From Utricularia gibba (taxonomy: Eukaryota; Plantae; Magnoliophyta), in NCBI GenBank assembly GCA_002189035.1, contig CM007990.1:1736001-1800000 (forward strand): a stretch of 64,000 bases of DNA. The letters run 5' to 3'. The notes beneath the pieces were generated by a model. It ran no database searches and was not told the DNA's origin. It was given only the letters and a program-made list of their open reading frames with translations. The position numbers and the translations under genes were made by a program. This document shows, piece after piece, positions 52,451 to 63,552 of this stretch. Each line of letters opens with the position of its first letter. Position 1 is the first letter of the stretch.

Positions 52451-53287
52451 TAGATCAAGTAGAGGATTTTATCAATGATATAAATTTGATTACAATTCAA
52501 AGTAAATATCAAAAGATAAGATTTTTCAATGAGTTGATTGTCTCATTGAATGTTTAAAAAATTTAAATACATAAATCAAAGTTTATGTTGAATGTTGTTT
52601 TTTGTTGTAAAACAGATTAGTAAAAAAAATTAATATTTAAAAAATTCCAATTTATGTGATTATTCGAGAATGAAATATATGTTTTATATTATTCACATAA
52701 AAATAAATTATTAATTTTTGATGTAGACATATATTAAGCTCACTTGTTTATTGAATTATAACTCAATAGATTTATATGCTAAAATAGAATAACAATAATT
52801 CACAAAATATTTTAACATTTCATTATCTATATATTTTTCTCAATAAATAGTTATGCATTGCCAAACTAATGTATTCATATTGGTAACGCAATGTATATTT
52901 AAACATAAGTATATATTTAAAATGTTCATGTGAAGACTACTGTGGCAGCATCATGTCTGAAATTTTTATTTAAAATATATTTGTTATGTATATTTTTATT
53001 TCAACGGCTAGTACAAGCATTTGTGACTGTGCAGACTATGGAGTTGCACATGGTTTTGAAAGTAACAGTTGCTATTACTTTATTAATAAAATTTGTCTAT
53101 ATATATGATATGGTTATCTTATAGTTTTCCACTACTTTATCTTATTGTCTCATCACTCATTACTAGAAATAATTCTATTTCAACTTCTACGTGATTGGAG
53201 GTACTCTCAAGTGTCAAGTTTCAGATTTCCACTTGGACGACATTGGTGAAGCCTACAAGGTAATAGGTTTTTTTTATTTTTTATAGA

Positions 53288-55401
53288 ATGGAGGGGTCTG
53301 GTTTGCAAAATTCTTCTCAAGCTTCTCAAACTGATTCTACTATACCTTGCGTTTTTGAAAATGAAAGAGAATTTTCTTTTGGGGAAGACCTTCAATTTTT
53401 ACAAGAGCTTGAATGTGATCCTTTACCCGAACAAGATGATTTTTCTAGTCCTCAAGAAGTGGGTTCTTCTACCTCATCGAGTCTCCTTTGTCATAAAAGA
53501 TTGAAAAACACTAGTAATGATTCTCTGGATATTCAAGAGCATTTTGTTTTTTGTAATCCCAAAAAAATTTCTTGCAAACATTGTGGTAAAGAGTACAATT
53601 TCATAAAGGGTTGGGGAACCGGTACATATAAGAGGCATGTTAAGGAGAAGCATAATGATAAATTACCTCAGTTTCGTCAAACTAGATTATGTTTAGGGGG
53701 TGACAATAGTGTGGGATTATCTAATTTTTTTTTTAATTATAAACTTTTTCAAGTGTGGTGCGTTATTTGATACTTAATGAACTTCTTTTTTCATTAGTTG
53801 AAAAACCTTCTTTTAATGATATGTTGAAACAAGCTCAACTGGGATACAAAAAATTTTCTAGGAAAACCGCACATCATATGGCACTCGAGGATTTCAAAAA
53901 TATACATGACTCTTTAATTTCTACTTTTAAATCTCTACATTGTAATTTTTGTTTGACTTGTGATGGTTGGAAAGGTTGTAACAATGAGAGTTATATTGTT
54001 ATCACATGTTCGTGGGTAGATAATTCTTGGTGTATGCAAAAATGAATTTTAGCTTTTCAAGAATGACCATCACCACATAATGGTTTTTCTATTGCTAAAA
54101 TCATTAAAAAGGTCACAGCATTTTATGGAATATCTGATAGGATTTTTTCTATTTCTTTGGATAATGACTTTGCAAATACAAATGCTATAGACATTTTGAA
54201 AAGTAGCATGAATCCTATGTTAAATAGCATTTTTTTTTCCACACTAAGTGCACTTGTCATATATTAAATTTGTGTGTTCAAAATGATTTGAAAGAATGCG
54301 AAAATTTTTTAACTCCTATTTATGATTTAATTAGTATGATTAGAACTACTCCTAATAGAAGAGAAGATTTTAAAAGGATTTGTCAAGAAAGGAACATCTC
54401 TTATCGTAAATTCAAAAGTGATTGTTCAACTAGATGGAATTCTACATATAACATGTTACAATTTTTTATTCCTTATGAACATGTTCTTATTGAATTTTGT
54501 GAATCTGTCACAGGTTACAATTTCTTGACTCATTCTATTTTTGAAAAAAATAAGAGGTTTAGTAAATTTATTAGAAATATTTTATTCTTGTACTAAGATT
54601 TTGAGTGTTATTTACTACCCAACTTCTCAACTTGTGCTTTCATGTATTTGTAAAATTTCGTTTGCTTTTTATGACCATCAAAGTGATTGTGATTTTTTGG
54701 GAGATGTAGTGCAAAAGATAAAAAATAAGTTTTTGAAATATTTTGATGAAATCCCACATTTGTTTCTTATTGCACCTGTTTTGGATCCCCGGGTTAAGTC
54801 TAGAAGTATGAAAACATTACTTGAATGTATTTCGGAATCATTTAGTGCGGATGATGTTGCTTTTTCCATTAAAAATTGTGAAGAAATAGATGTTGATGCC
54901 AATAATGTTCTACGTGTCATGTATTCCCTTTATGCATCTAAATATAGTGATCCTAGTGTTCCTATTCCTAAAGCATGTAACAATTCGACATTTGATAGTC
55001 GCAATCCAATGGACATTATTCGTAGGAAGCATAGTTCATTTGTGTCCTCCTCTTCATCATCTTCATTAAACTCTGTTGATCAAATTACACTTTACAATAA
55101 TACTCCTATTGTTGAGGGTGTTGATGATGACAACTTTGATATATTGGGTTGGTGCAAGACAAATTCTACTACTTACCCTGTCTTGGCTAGAATGGCCAAA
55201 GATCTTCTAACACCTTCAGTATCTACAGTGGCATCCGAAAGTGCATTTAGTGCAGGGGGACGAGTTCTTAATCACAAGCACTCCAAATTGAACGAAGAGA
55301 CTCTGGAGGCATGCATTTTTCTAAAGGATTGGGTGGAGGCTGTGAAAAGAAATCAAACCTTATCCTCAAGTTCAAGTGAAGATGAAGTTGAAGACTCCTA
55401 A
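53288..55401 (+). pseudogene. hAT (Ac/RICESLEEPER-like) transposase with frameshifts and stops
   Basis: BED finger CKHCGKEY...TGTYKRHVKEKH; CLTCDGW; TRWNSTYNML; C-terminal dimerisation domain YPVLARMAKDLLTPSVSTVASESAFSAGGRVL...KDW. Broken near 53760, 54045 and 54545. Confidence 0.93.
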
Positions 55402-55475
55402 TTTGGAAACATTTAGTGCTCCATGAAATAATATTACTTTGTAAGAAAATGTTGTATTCATGTTTTTAATTAAAA

Positions 55476-56220
55476 GTGGGTGCCTGGAATTCGATCACAG
55501 ACTCGCAAACATCCTCCCAAGGCACCCACATGAGGGAAGAGGGTGTCTGGAAAACTGTCTCAAATACTCATTCCCAAGCACCCATATAACAGAGGTGGGT
55601 GCCTAGAAATCACTCTTCTCAGACACCCACACAATGCATTATTTTGTAGGTGCCATCCAACTATCTTTCTTGGACACTCTCCCGAGGCACCCACATGAGG
55701 GAAGAAGGTGTCTGAAAAACTGTCTCAAATACTCCTTCCCAGGCACCCATATAACAGAAGTGGGTGCCTGGAAATCACTCTTCCCAGACACCCACACAAT
55801 GCATTATTTTGTAGGTGCCATCCAACTATCTTTCTTGGACACTCTCCCGAGGCACACACATGAGGGAAGAGGGTGTCTAGAAAACTGTCTCAAATACTTC
55901 TTCCCAAGCACTCATATAACAGAAGTGAGTGCCTGGAAATCACTCTTCCCAGACACCCACACAATGCATTATTTTGTAGGTGTCGTCCAATTATCTTTCT
56001 TGGGCACTCTCTCGAGGCACCCACATGAGGGAAGAGGGTGTCTAGAAAATTGTCTCAAATACTCCTTCCCAAGCACCCATATAATAGTTGTAGGTACCTG
56101 GAAATGGCCTTACTCACTCTTTCTAGACACCCACACAAGGCATTATAGGTGCCTCGAAAAGGATATCTGACTCTCTTTCCAGACACCTACACGAGGCAAT
56201 GTGGGTGTGTGGAAAATGGT
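55476..56220. repeat. 165-bp tandem repeat, ~4.5 copies, inside hAT-2
   Basis: Units start GTGGGTGCCTGGAAATCACTCTTCCCAGACACCCACAC; the 55-aa periodicity of ORF 55634-56170 confirms 165 bp. Each unit carries several GGGTGYC/GRCACCC motifs in both orientations. Confidence 0.92.
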
Positions 56221-56905
56221 CTAAGCAATAGGTGAATATTCTTTATTTATTGAAATTAATTTGTAGTAATTAGGATATATAAAATCATTTCATTTTCAGA
56301 TTTTTATATTCCAATTAATGCACCAAAAAAATTTTATATTTATGAAAATTAAGAATACCTTCAAAGATTGCACAATCCCCAAATTTCGGGTACGGGTGCC
56401 TAATTTTTCATTTCTTCTGCCAGTCGCCCACATTAGCGATTCTGGGTGCTTCAAAATTGGAGTATTAATTACACGATGGATTCGCATCAATTCAAACAAA
56501 CGGCACACACCTTGTCTGAAAATAACGGAAGCTATTACCGACAACCTACGAAAGTAGGGATATCATTGCGCGTAATCATTAGCTTATGATTTGGTGTATT
56601 AAACCAAATCCCCACGCACCCATACACAGCGCTACACATCACCACCCCACTCCCCACGTTGTCAATTAAGACAACCCTAATCCCCACCCATGTGGTAAGA
56701 AAATTTTCTTACCTCTTTCCCCCTCCCCCCAGCCGAAAGCGACCGGACGCCCCCACAATCCCATCACCTACTTGGAGTGTTCTTTAAATTAAACAAGGTA
56801 AGTGATTTATTTTCCACCATGGGTTGCTGATCTATGTTCCAATTTGTAGTACCTTGTCGAATTATTGTAGTTTGAATTTTTATACAATTCTTATGAGTGT
56901 TTGTA

Positions 56906-58896
56906 GATACACACTTCTGAAAAATTGAGAACTAGATTCTTGATACCGGATGAATATGATATTTGGGACAAAGAACCGGATAAGTTGATTGAGAATGAAA
57001 TTCCAAAATGTGTGGGTCCAATGAGATTTGCCTTAAGCACGGAACATTTTCGTTGTGGTTTGCGCTTACCATTATTGCCCTTTTTAGAAGAAATATTAGA
57101 ATGTTTAGAGATTCCTTTATCTCATTTGACTTCAAGATCTATCTCATATGTGTTGGCCTTTATTAGTATTTGTGAGGAGTTATGTCTTGAGGTGGAACTT
57201 CACTATTTTTTTGCTGTGAGTGTATACTCTATGACTCTAAATAAGAACCACTACACCCTAAAGGAGAAAAAAGGGTTGGTACCAGTAAAGGATGTGAGAA
57301 GAGGATTTGAAGAATGGTAGACAAGTTTTGTTTGGATATGTCCTCTAAAGGAAACCAAATTTCCTCAAATTTATACTAATTCGAGCGAAGTAGGCAAGGC
57401 GAAAGGTAAATCTTGCTTTGTATTGTTAGAAGAAATATGAATAAAAATATTCCATATTTTTATTGAAATATGGAATATTTGTATTGAATGTTTTTATTGA
57501 AGATATTATGATTGAGTGTTTTTTTTAATCTACTCTTATTAAAACTATTGTGATTGAATATTTTTATTCAATATCCTTTTTGAATATTTTTACACTTATC
57601 ATGTTGAATATTCTTATTCAATATTTTTGTTAAATATATTGTTAATAAATTTACTTTTATTGTAGGATTTGATACCTTGTCCAAAAGAGATATACAAGAT
57701 ATTATTATCCTCTTCTCAAGTATGCAAAGGAGTTTTGTTGACATTTTTCCACCATTTATGGATGCACCGGGGACAAAACGCTATTGGTGTGGTGTGTTGA
57801 AAAATCATAGAGTCTTCCAAAAGAATGAAGACTTGTCTAGGAATGAGAGTACACAAGATGGGAATGATGTTGAAGGGGACGAGATCACACATGGTCTCGA
57901 TGATGTCGATGATAGACCTGAATTTATAACAAAGGAGAATGAAGAGCTTCACTACAAATTGGATTGGTATGAGAGTCGTTGGGCATATACCGGACCTCCT
58001 TTTAGTGCCTCTGAGCCTCAACGAAAGCTGATTATCTTGGATGTAAATGGTGTGCTAGCAGACATCGTTTACAGGGCTGGAGCGTCAAGGTCACGAATCC
58101 TCCAGATAAAATCATATATGACCGATCAGGTATGTTAAAACAATACTTATATTTGTGTGTTATGTGCATTAATGATTTGTGAGATCATAGGTAACTTTTG
58201 GTGCAAATTATGCAGTCTTTCTACGTCCACATGCCCGCGATTTTATTAGGTGGTGTTTGGATAATTTTGATGTAGACTTATGGTCATCCCGTGGGGGTAT
58301 GTGTGCTGCATCTTTTTTTTTGTTAGTATTTATAATTGGTGCAAACACTTGCAAGTGATTTATTTTGTAAGGAGCAACTACAAGCAATCACTAAATGGGT
58401 CTTTCCACCTTCGTTATTCAACAAACTCATTTTCGTATGGGACCAAACCATGATGACGGACACCGGCGTACATGTTCACAACAATCATAGCAACACGGTT
58501 TACATGAAGGAGTTGGGTCGTGTATGGGCTGTCAACAATGGATTGAACACAAGATATGACCGTCACAATACCTTATTAATTGATGATTCACCTCACAAAT
58601 CAATGAAAAATCCGGTAAGTCATTTTTTGCTAGTATACTCTTGCATACACTTGGTTATACCTCAAAACTAACCCTTCAATTTTTTGGAAAATAATGTTGT
58701 TTTTCCAAGTCCCTATTCGCATACTAATAGGGATGATGCATCACTCAATGTGGATGGTGAGATGCGGACTTTCCTTGAAGGGTTACAGTATACTAATGAT
58801 GTTCCAAGTTATGCTAATGAGAATCAAATAGGCCAGTCTCCCATACGTGAGGGACATGTCTTATGGGAGTATTATGCATGCCTACAGGATTGTTAG
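56906..58896 (+). pseudogene. Accessory gene C of hAT-2: TRP28-like domain fused to a complete FCP1/NIF-like (C1271.03c-like) HAD domain
   Basis: LRTRFLIP...STEHFRCGLRLPLLPF...IPLSHLTSRS; phase-1 intron 57406-57665 joins the exons in frame; RKLIILDVNGVLADIV, VFLRPHARDFIRWCLDNFDVDLWSS, FVWDQT, YMKELGRVW, NTLLIDDSPHKSMKNP|ENNVVFPSPY, IGQSPI...LWEYY. Lesions: TAG at 57318, a 1-bp deletion near 58100, an altered acceptor near 58686. Confidence 0.82.
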
Positions 58897-59079
58897 AAGG
58901 AGCCTCTGATTTCTAAAGAGCCGTCCCATTTATTTTCAATTAGACATACACTTACGAAATGTCACATTTTGATTATGCCATTGAATTTATTTTAAAATAA
59001 ATGAATAAATTAATGACAATACCTACGAAACAACTTATTTATACTGTATGGCACTTATTTTGATTTTTTAAATTAATTT

Positions 59080-60300
59080 ACAGGGACGGCACATACATAA
59101 AAATGTTTCTTGTAGGGGCCGCCAAAATATTGAAATACTATTAAATTTGATTACAGATGTGAATTGTTTATTAAACGATTTCAAATTACCATTGGCATCC
59201 ATATTTTAAAAAATATTTTTTCGTGCATAATTATTTTAAATAATTTTATGCTAAAACACAGAATTATAAGTGTGTTGTTGACGTACAATCACATTCTAAT
59301 TTAAAACATTTTTAGCAAAAATATGATACGAATGTAAGTTCTTGTCTAACTTAACCTTAGATGTTGTGACGTTAAGTAGAGTAAAATATTTGAGATACAA
59401 TATAGATATCGTGTGAAAAAACTTAATTTTTATAATCCTACCTTAAATATTCAGCACATTACAATATTTATGATGATAAACGTCATCATCAAGGACCATT
59501 TATATTAAAGAAAACATAAATTTCCATTTCGTGGTTTAGGGTTTTCAGGGTTTTAGGGTTTATGGTAAATGAAATATCTGAAATATTCCTGTCTTTTTAA
59601 TATGTTGCAAATGTGAAATTTTGGACAACACATACGTAACATTGCATTTTGTAAGGGCGGCAAAAACAATTTATGGAAACACTCTCAAATGTACTTATGG
59701 ATGTGAATTGTTTATTAAATAATTTACAATTCAAATTGACGTCCATTAGATACAAAATATTTTTTGTATCGAATTTCTATTTAAAAAAATTGGTTCAAAA
59801 ATCTGAAATTACAAATGTATAATTCAATTGTAATATAATGACATTAAAGTTTATAAATAATCATCCACATTTACATTAGACACTAATGTATCTTGTTCTC
59901 TAATTTAAATCAAATATTATGATGCTTTATAAAATAAATATTGAACATATATTTGCAAAGAAACGTGGTTTTTATTATTTTTAACGTTACAATATTGGTG
60001 ATGATAAACTTCATTACTATGAACAAAAACTACTAAAATTTTAAATGTGTAGTATAATTAAGGGTTTAGGAAAATTAAATGTGTAATAAATTCTCCTCAT
60101 TTTTTAAAAAAACGTAAGAATAGTTGGATTTTGAGAAGGTACATACAAACACACGTAATGCATAGGTGTTGATGAAATATATCCATAACCTTTTTCGTTT
60201 ATCATTTTTAAAATAATGAAAATTTGAAATTTGGGACGGCACATCAAACAATGAGTATTTTATAGGTGCCGCAATTTTTTAATTATTTTAAACAATTGAT
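59080..60300. repeat. Degenerate ~550-600 bp tandem repeat (2+ units) between genes C and D
   Basis: GGGACGGCACAT...TAGGKGCCGC-like block recurs at ~59083, ~59622 (variant) and ~60232, with shared downstream GATGTGAATTGTTT...ATTAAA and ACAATATT..TGATGATAAAC segments. Confidence 0.55.
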
Positions 60301-60717
60301 TTAGACTATATATGGATATAAATTTTTCTATGCAATATGCTTTTCTAAAAAAGTTGGCGTCCACTATATAAGTGTACAACCCTACCTAGTTTACATCGCC
60401 TTTTGCTGCATACAAAGGCTCTTCTTATCATTGTCATCGCGCTCCTGAAAACCCAGAATTCGTCGGCTTAAAATCCGGTAATCTTGTTATTGCAACTTAT
60501 ATTATTTTTTGTGAAATGTATTCCATGCATTTGTTGCTGTAGTATGCGTTATATATTAAGTTGGGTTTAGTTATTAAAAATTGTCTTTTCATATAATTAT
60601 GTATTTAGTTGGGTTTAGCTGCGTTTTTTCATCGTTAATATCATGTTTGTTTTGCTATTTTCCATTTCCTTATGTTTAGAATTTCATTCTTATTATGTAT
60701 CCTTTATTGATTAGGGA

Positions 60718-62154
60718 ATGGATAGATTTCGTGTTAAATATTTCATCCCAACCGATTGGTTGACAAGTCCTGCTCCGCAAAACACACCTCTTGATGCCAA
60801 TCCCCCTCATGAACATTCCAATGCTTGGCTTGTGTCTCGTAAAACATTTGATGTTGGTCTTAGGCTACCTATTCATCCCTTTGCTCTTGATGTGCTCACC
60901 TACTTAGATTGTCTATTGGGTTTTTAGCACCATCTTCCTATAGTATCTTAGACTTCTTACACTTGTGTGAAGAAGAATATGTAGAACCTTCCTTGTCAAA
61001 TTTTTTAACTTCCAAAAAAAAGCTCCTACTGGAACATGGTATTTTCAAGGATTACCAAATACTAGATTTTATCAAAACCTACCTAGAACTGTGGCACGAT
61101 GGGATAAACTTCTTTTATGGATTGTACCACCTACATCTTTTGAAATTTCAAGGCATTATCCATTAACATATCCTGGGGATGATGTTATAAATTCTCGTAT
61201 TGAAAAAATCAATGTGAATGAGGAAACTAGACATGCATTAAAAAGTCTTTTGCAATCAAAAAGATATATGACTGAAGACATCATCCCAAAGTATGCTCAA
61301 ATTCGAAGTAAGTCTTGTTAATTTACATTATTTTTCCAATATGTTATTTTACTTATTTATTCAACACTATGACAGCACTTCAAAACATTCATGGTGTCGT
61401 TGAGTGGCGGTCTACACCAACATCAAGGCGAAATCGTCATCAGCTTGTTGTTTATGAACAACCCATTCCGCTAACCATCGATAGCAATGAACAACAGGTA
61501 AATAAAGTAGGAATATTATTTAAATTTTTAATTTTCTCTTCAAATAAATAAGGTTTGCAATATAAAAAAATTTTTGTGTAGAAGAATTCTGAACAAGAAA
61601 ATGGAGATGAGGAGAATGAAGTACCTATTCATGAGAAGGCTGAAGTGTATATTAATGAGGAGCTCTCAGTTGCACGCCAACATGACAAAGAGCTCATTTT
61701 AAACCAATATAAACACATTCAACGGATGGAAAATGAGGTAATAAAAATGAAACTTATTTTGCTAATACATGTGATAGTTGTTTTTTTATGTTTTCTAATT
61801 TAGTTTTTTTTCTTCTTTAGATAACAGATCTGAAGTTTCAGATTCAAAAAAAAAAACAGAATGGATGATTTGGTAGCACACCAATCTGTATACAAGGTTG
61901 AATTGAAGATAAAAGGCGATGAATTGATTGCTGGACAACAAAAATCTATCAACTTTCAATTGGAAATAATGAAGCTGAATGAAAAAATACAGGTGTTAGA
62001 AGAAGAATTACAACTTCACAGATTGCAAGCTCAATTGAATGAAAACGATGTTATCGCAATGGCTCAACAAAGAGACATACCTTCGACAAGTGCGGGCACA
62101 AACAAAGATAAAGGAAAAGGTAGAGGCAGACCCAAAGGAAAGGAAAAAAAATGA
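60718..62154 (+). pseudogene. Accessory gene D of hAT-2: TRP28-like domain + coiled coil + basic AT-hook-like tail
   Basis: TATA at ~60364; 5'-UTR intron ending just before the ATG; MDRFRVKYFIPTDW...KTFDVGLRLPIHPFALDVLTYL; later exons; coiled coil FQLEIMKLNEKIQVLEEELQLHRLQAQL; ends KGKGRGRPKGKEKK*. Frameshifted. Confidence 0.68.
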
Positions 62155-63552
62155 AAAAGAGTCATTAACAATGTTGTGTTTTTTTTTTCAAAAGATTTGA
62201 CTTATTTTGTAGTATTATATTTCATTTGTGACAATCTAATTATTTCGAAAATGTCGCTTAATTTTCTAATAACTAATTGACATTTTTTCTAGTAAAATTA
62301 TAAAATTAAACGTAAAAGCAAACATACAAATTACAAAAGAGATAACAACAATATTTGTTTTTTCCAGTAAAATTAAATTATTTCGTATTATTATGGCTCG
62401 CTCATACCTAAACGGCACCTACTTATTTAGTAGGTGCCACTACTAGAAAATTATTTCGTATCATTTTTTTATACGTCCTACTAAATTCTCTAATGTGTAG
62501 GTATCGCTTCAAATTTTTAATAACTGAATCATGTTTTTTCTATTAATTATAAAATTGAACATAAAAAACAATCATACGAATTACAAAATGGACGATAACA
62601 ATATTTATTAATTTTTAGTGAAGTTAACTTATTTCGTATTATATTATATATTGAACATATACCAAATTATTTATTATATATTGAACTTATATCAAATTTA
62701 TTTATTTCATATTATTATATTAAACTCCCACCAAGTTACTTATTTTACAGATGATGTTAATATAATATTATTATGTTTCATTTTTATGTGAAACTGTAAG
62801 ACTAAATTCTTTAAATGTATTCACTTTTTAATAATAAAAAAATATTTTCTCATAAATACTAAAGATTTAAATTAAAAATAATTTATTAGAAATATAGTTG
62901 AAAAAAATAATTTTTCGTATATATATATTAATTTTATTTAAAATAAAAATCAATTCTTTAAATATTTAATATTTATTAAAAATTTCAATTACACACACCA
63001 ATAATTATTCATATAGATGCCTGGAAAGCAACTACAAACAATAACCGCGGTTCCGGTTACAGTTCGGTTTCGTAAATCTCGGTTTCGGTTTTGAACCGAA
63101 ACCGTCCGTACGATTCCAGTTTCGGTTCGGTTCAAACCTTCCGGATACGGTTCCGAACCGAAACCGGAATCGTTGCCCATGACGAACCGTGGTTTTGGAA
63201 CCGACGATTCGCTGGAACCGTTCGAACCGAACCCACCTCTAGTTCCATATCACACAAAAATATCGTTGTCTACAAAACTTGTAACCATCATTCAATGCAC
63301 TTGAGACACTCTTATTGGCTAGTAACCAAAATAATTTAAATTATATTATATTTAGACTTTTAGTATTAATTCGCAGAAATTAATTGATAAGTCAATGCCT
63401 CCGACCATGATGAAAATAAATAATCTTTTTTGTTTGTACTTTTGTTTTTCCATCGCAGTTTCTCGTTCTCGACGTCACTGCCTCCGCCGATATGACTTTC
63501 CGCTCGGCGCTCCCCCTAAATTCTTAGCCGGTTTTCATGGTCGTCACCCGTA

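Larger units (their letters stand above)
52500..63241 (+). mobile_element. Large hAT element (hAT-2), same family as hAT-1; right end intact, left end not found
   Basis: Right end 63040-63241 (GGTTC/GAACC repeats, ...CCCACCTCTA) is collinear with 45730-45971. Contains a near-full transposase and two accessory genes. The left boundary is a guess. Confidence 0.72.

Noticed and set aside
55634-56170. 178-aa repetitive ORF
   Set aside because: By-product of a 165-bp (multiple of 3) tandem repeat; no recognisable protein features.
55476-56220. CRISPR-like appearance of the repeats
   Set aside because: Eukaryotic context, and whole units repeat with no unique spacers.
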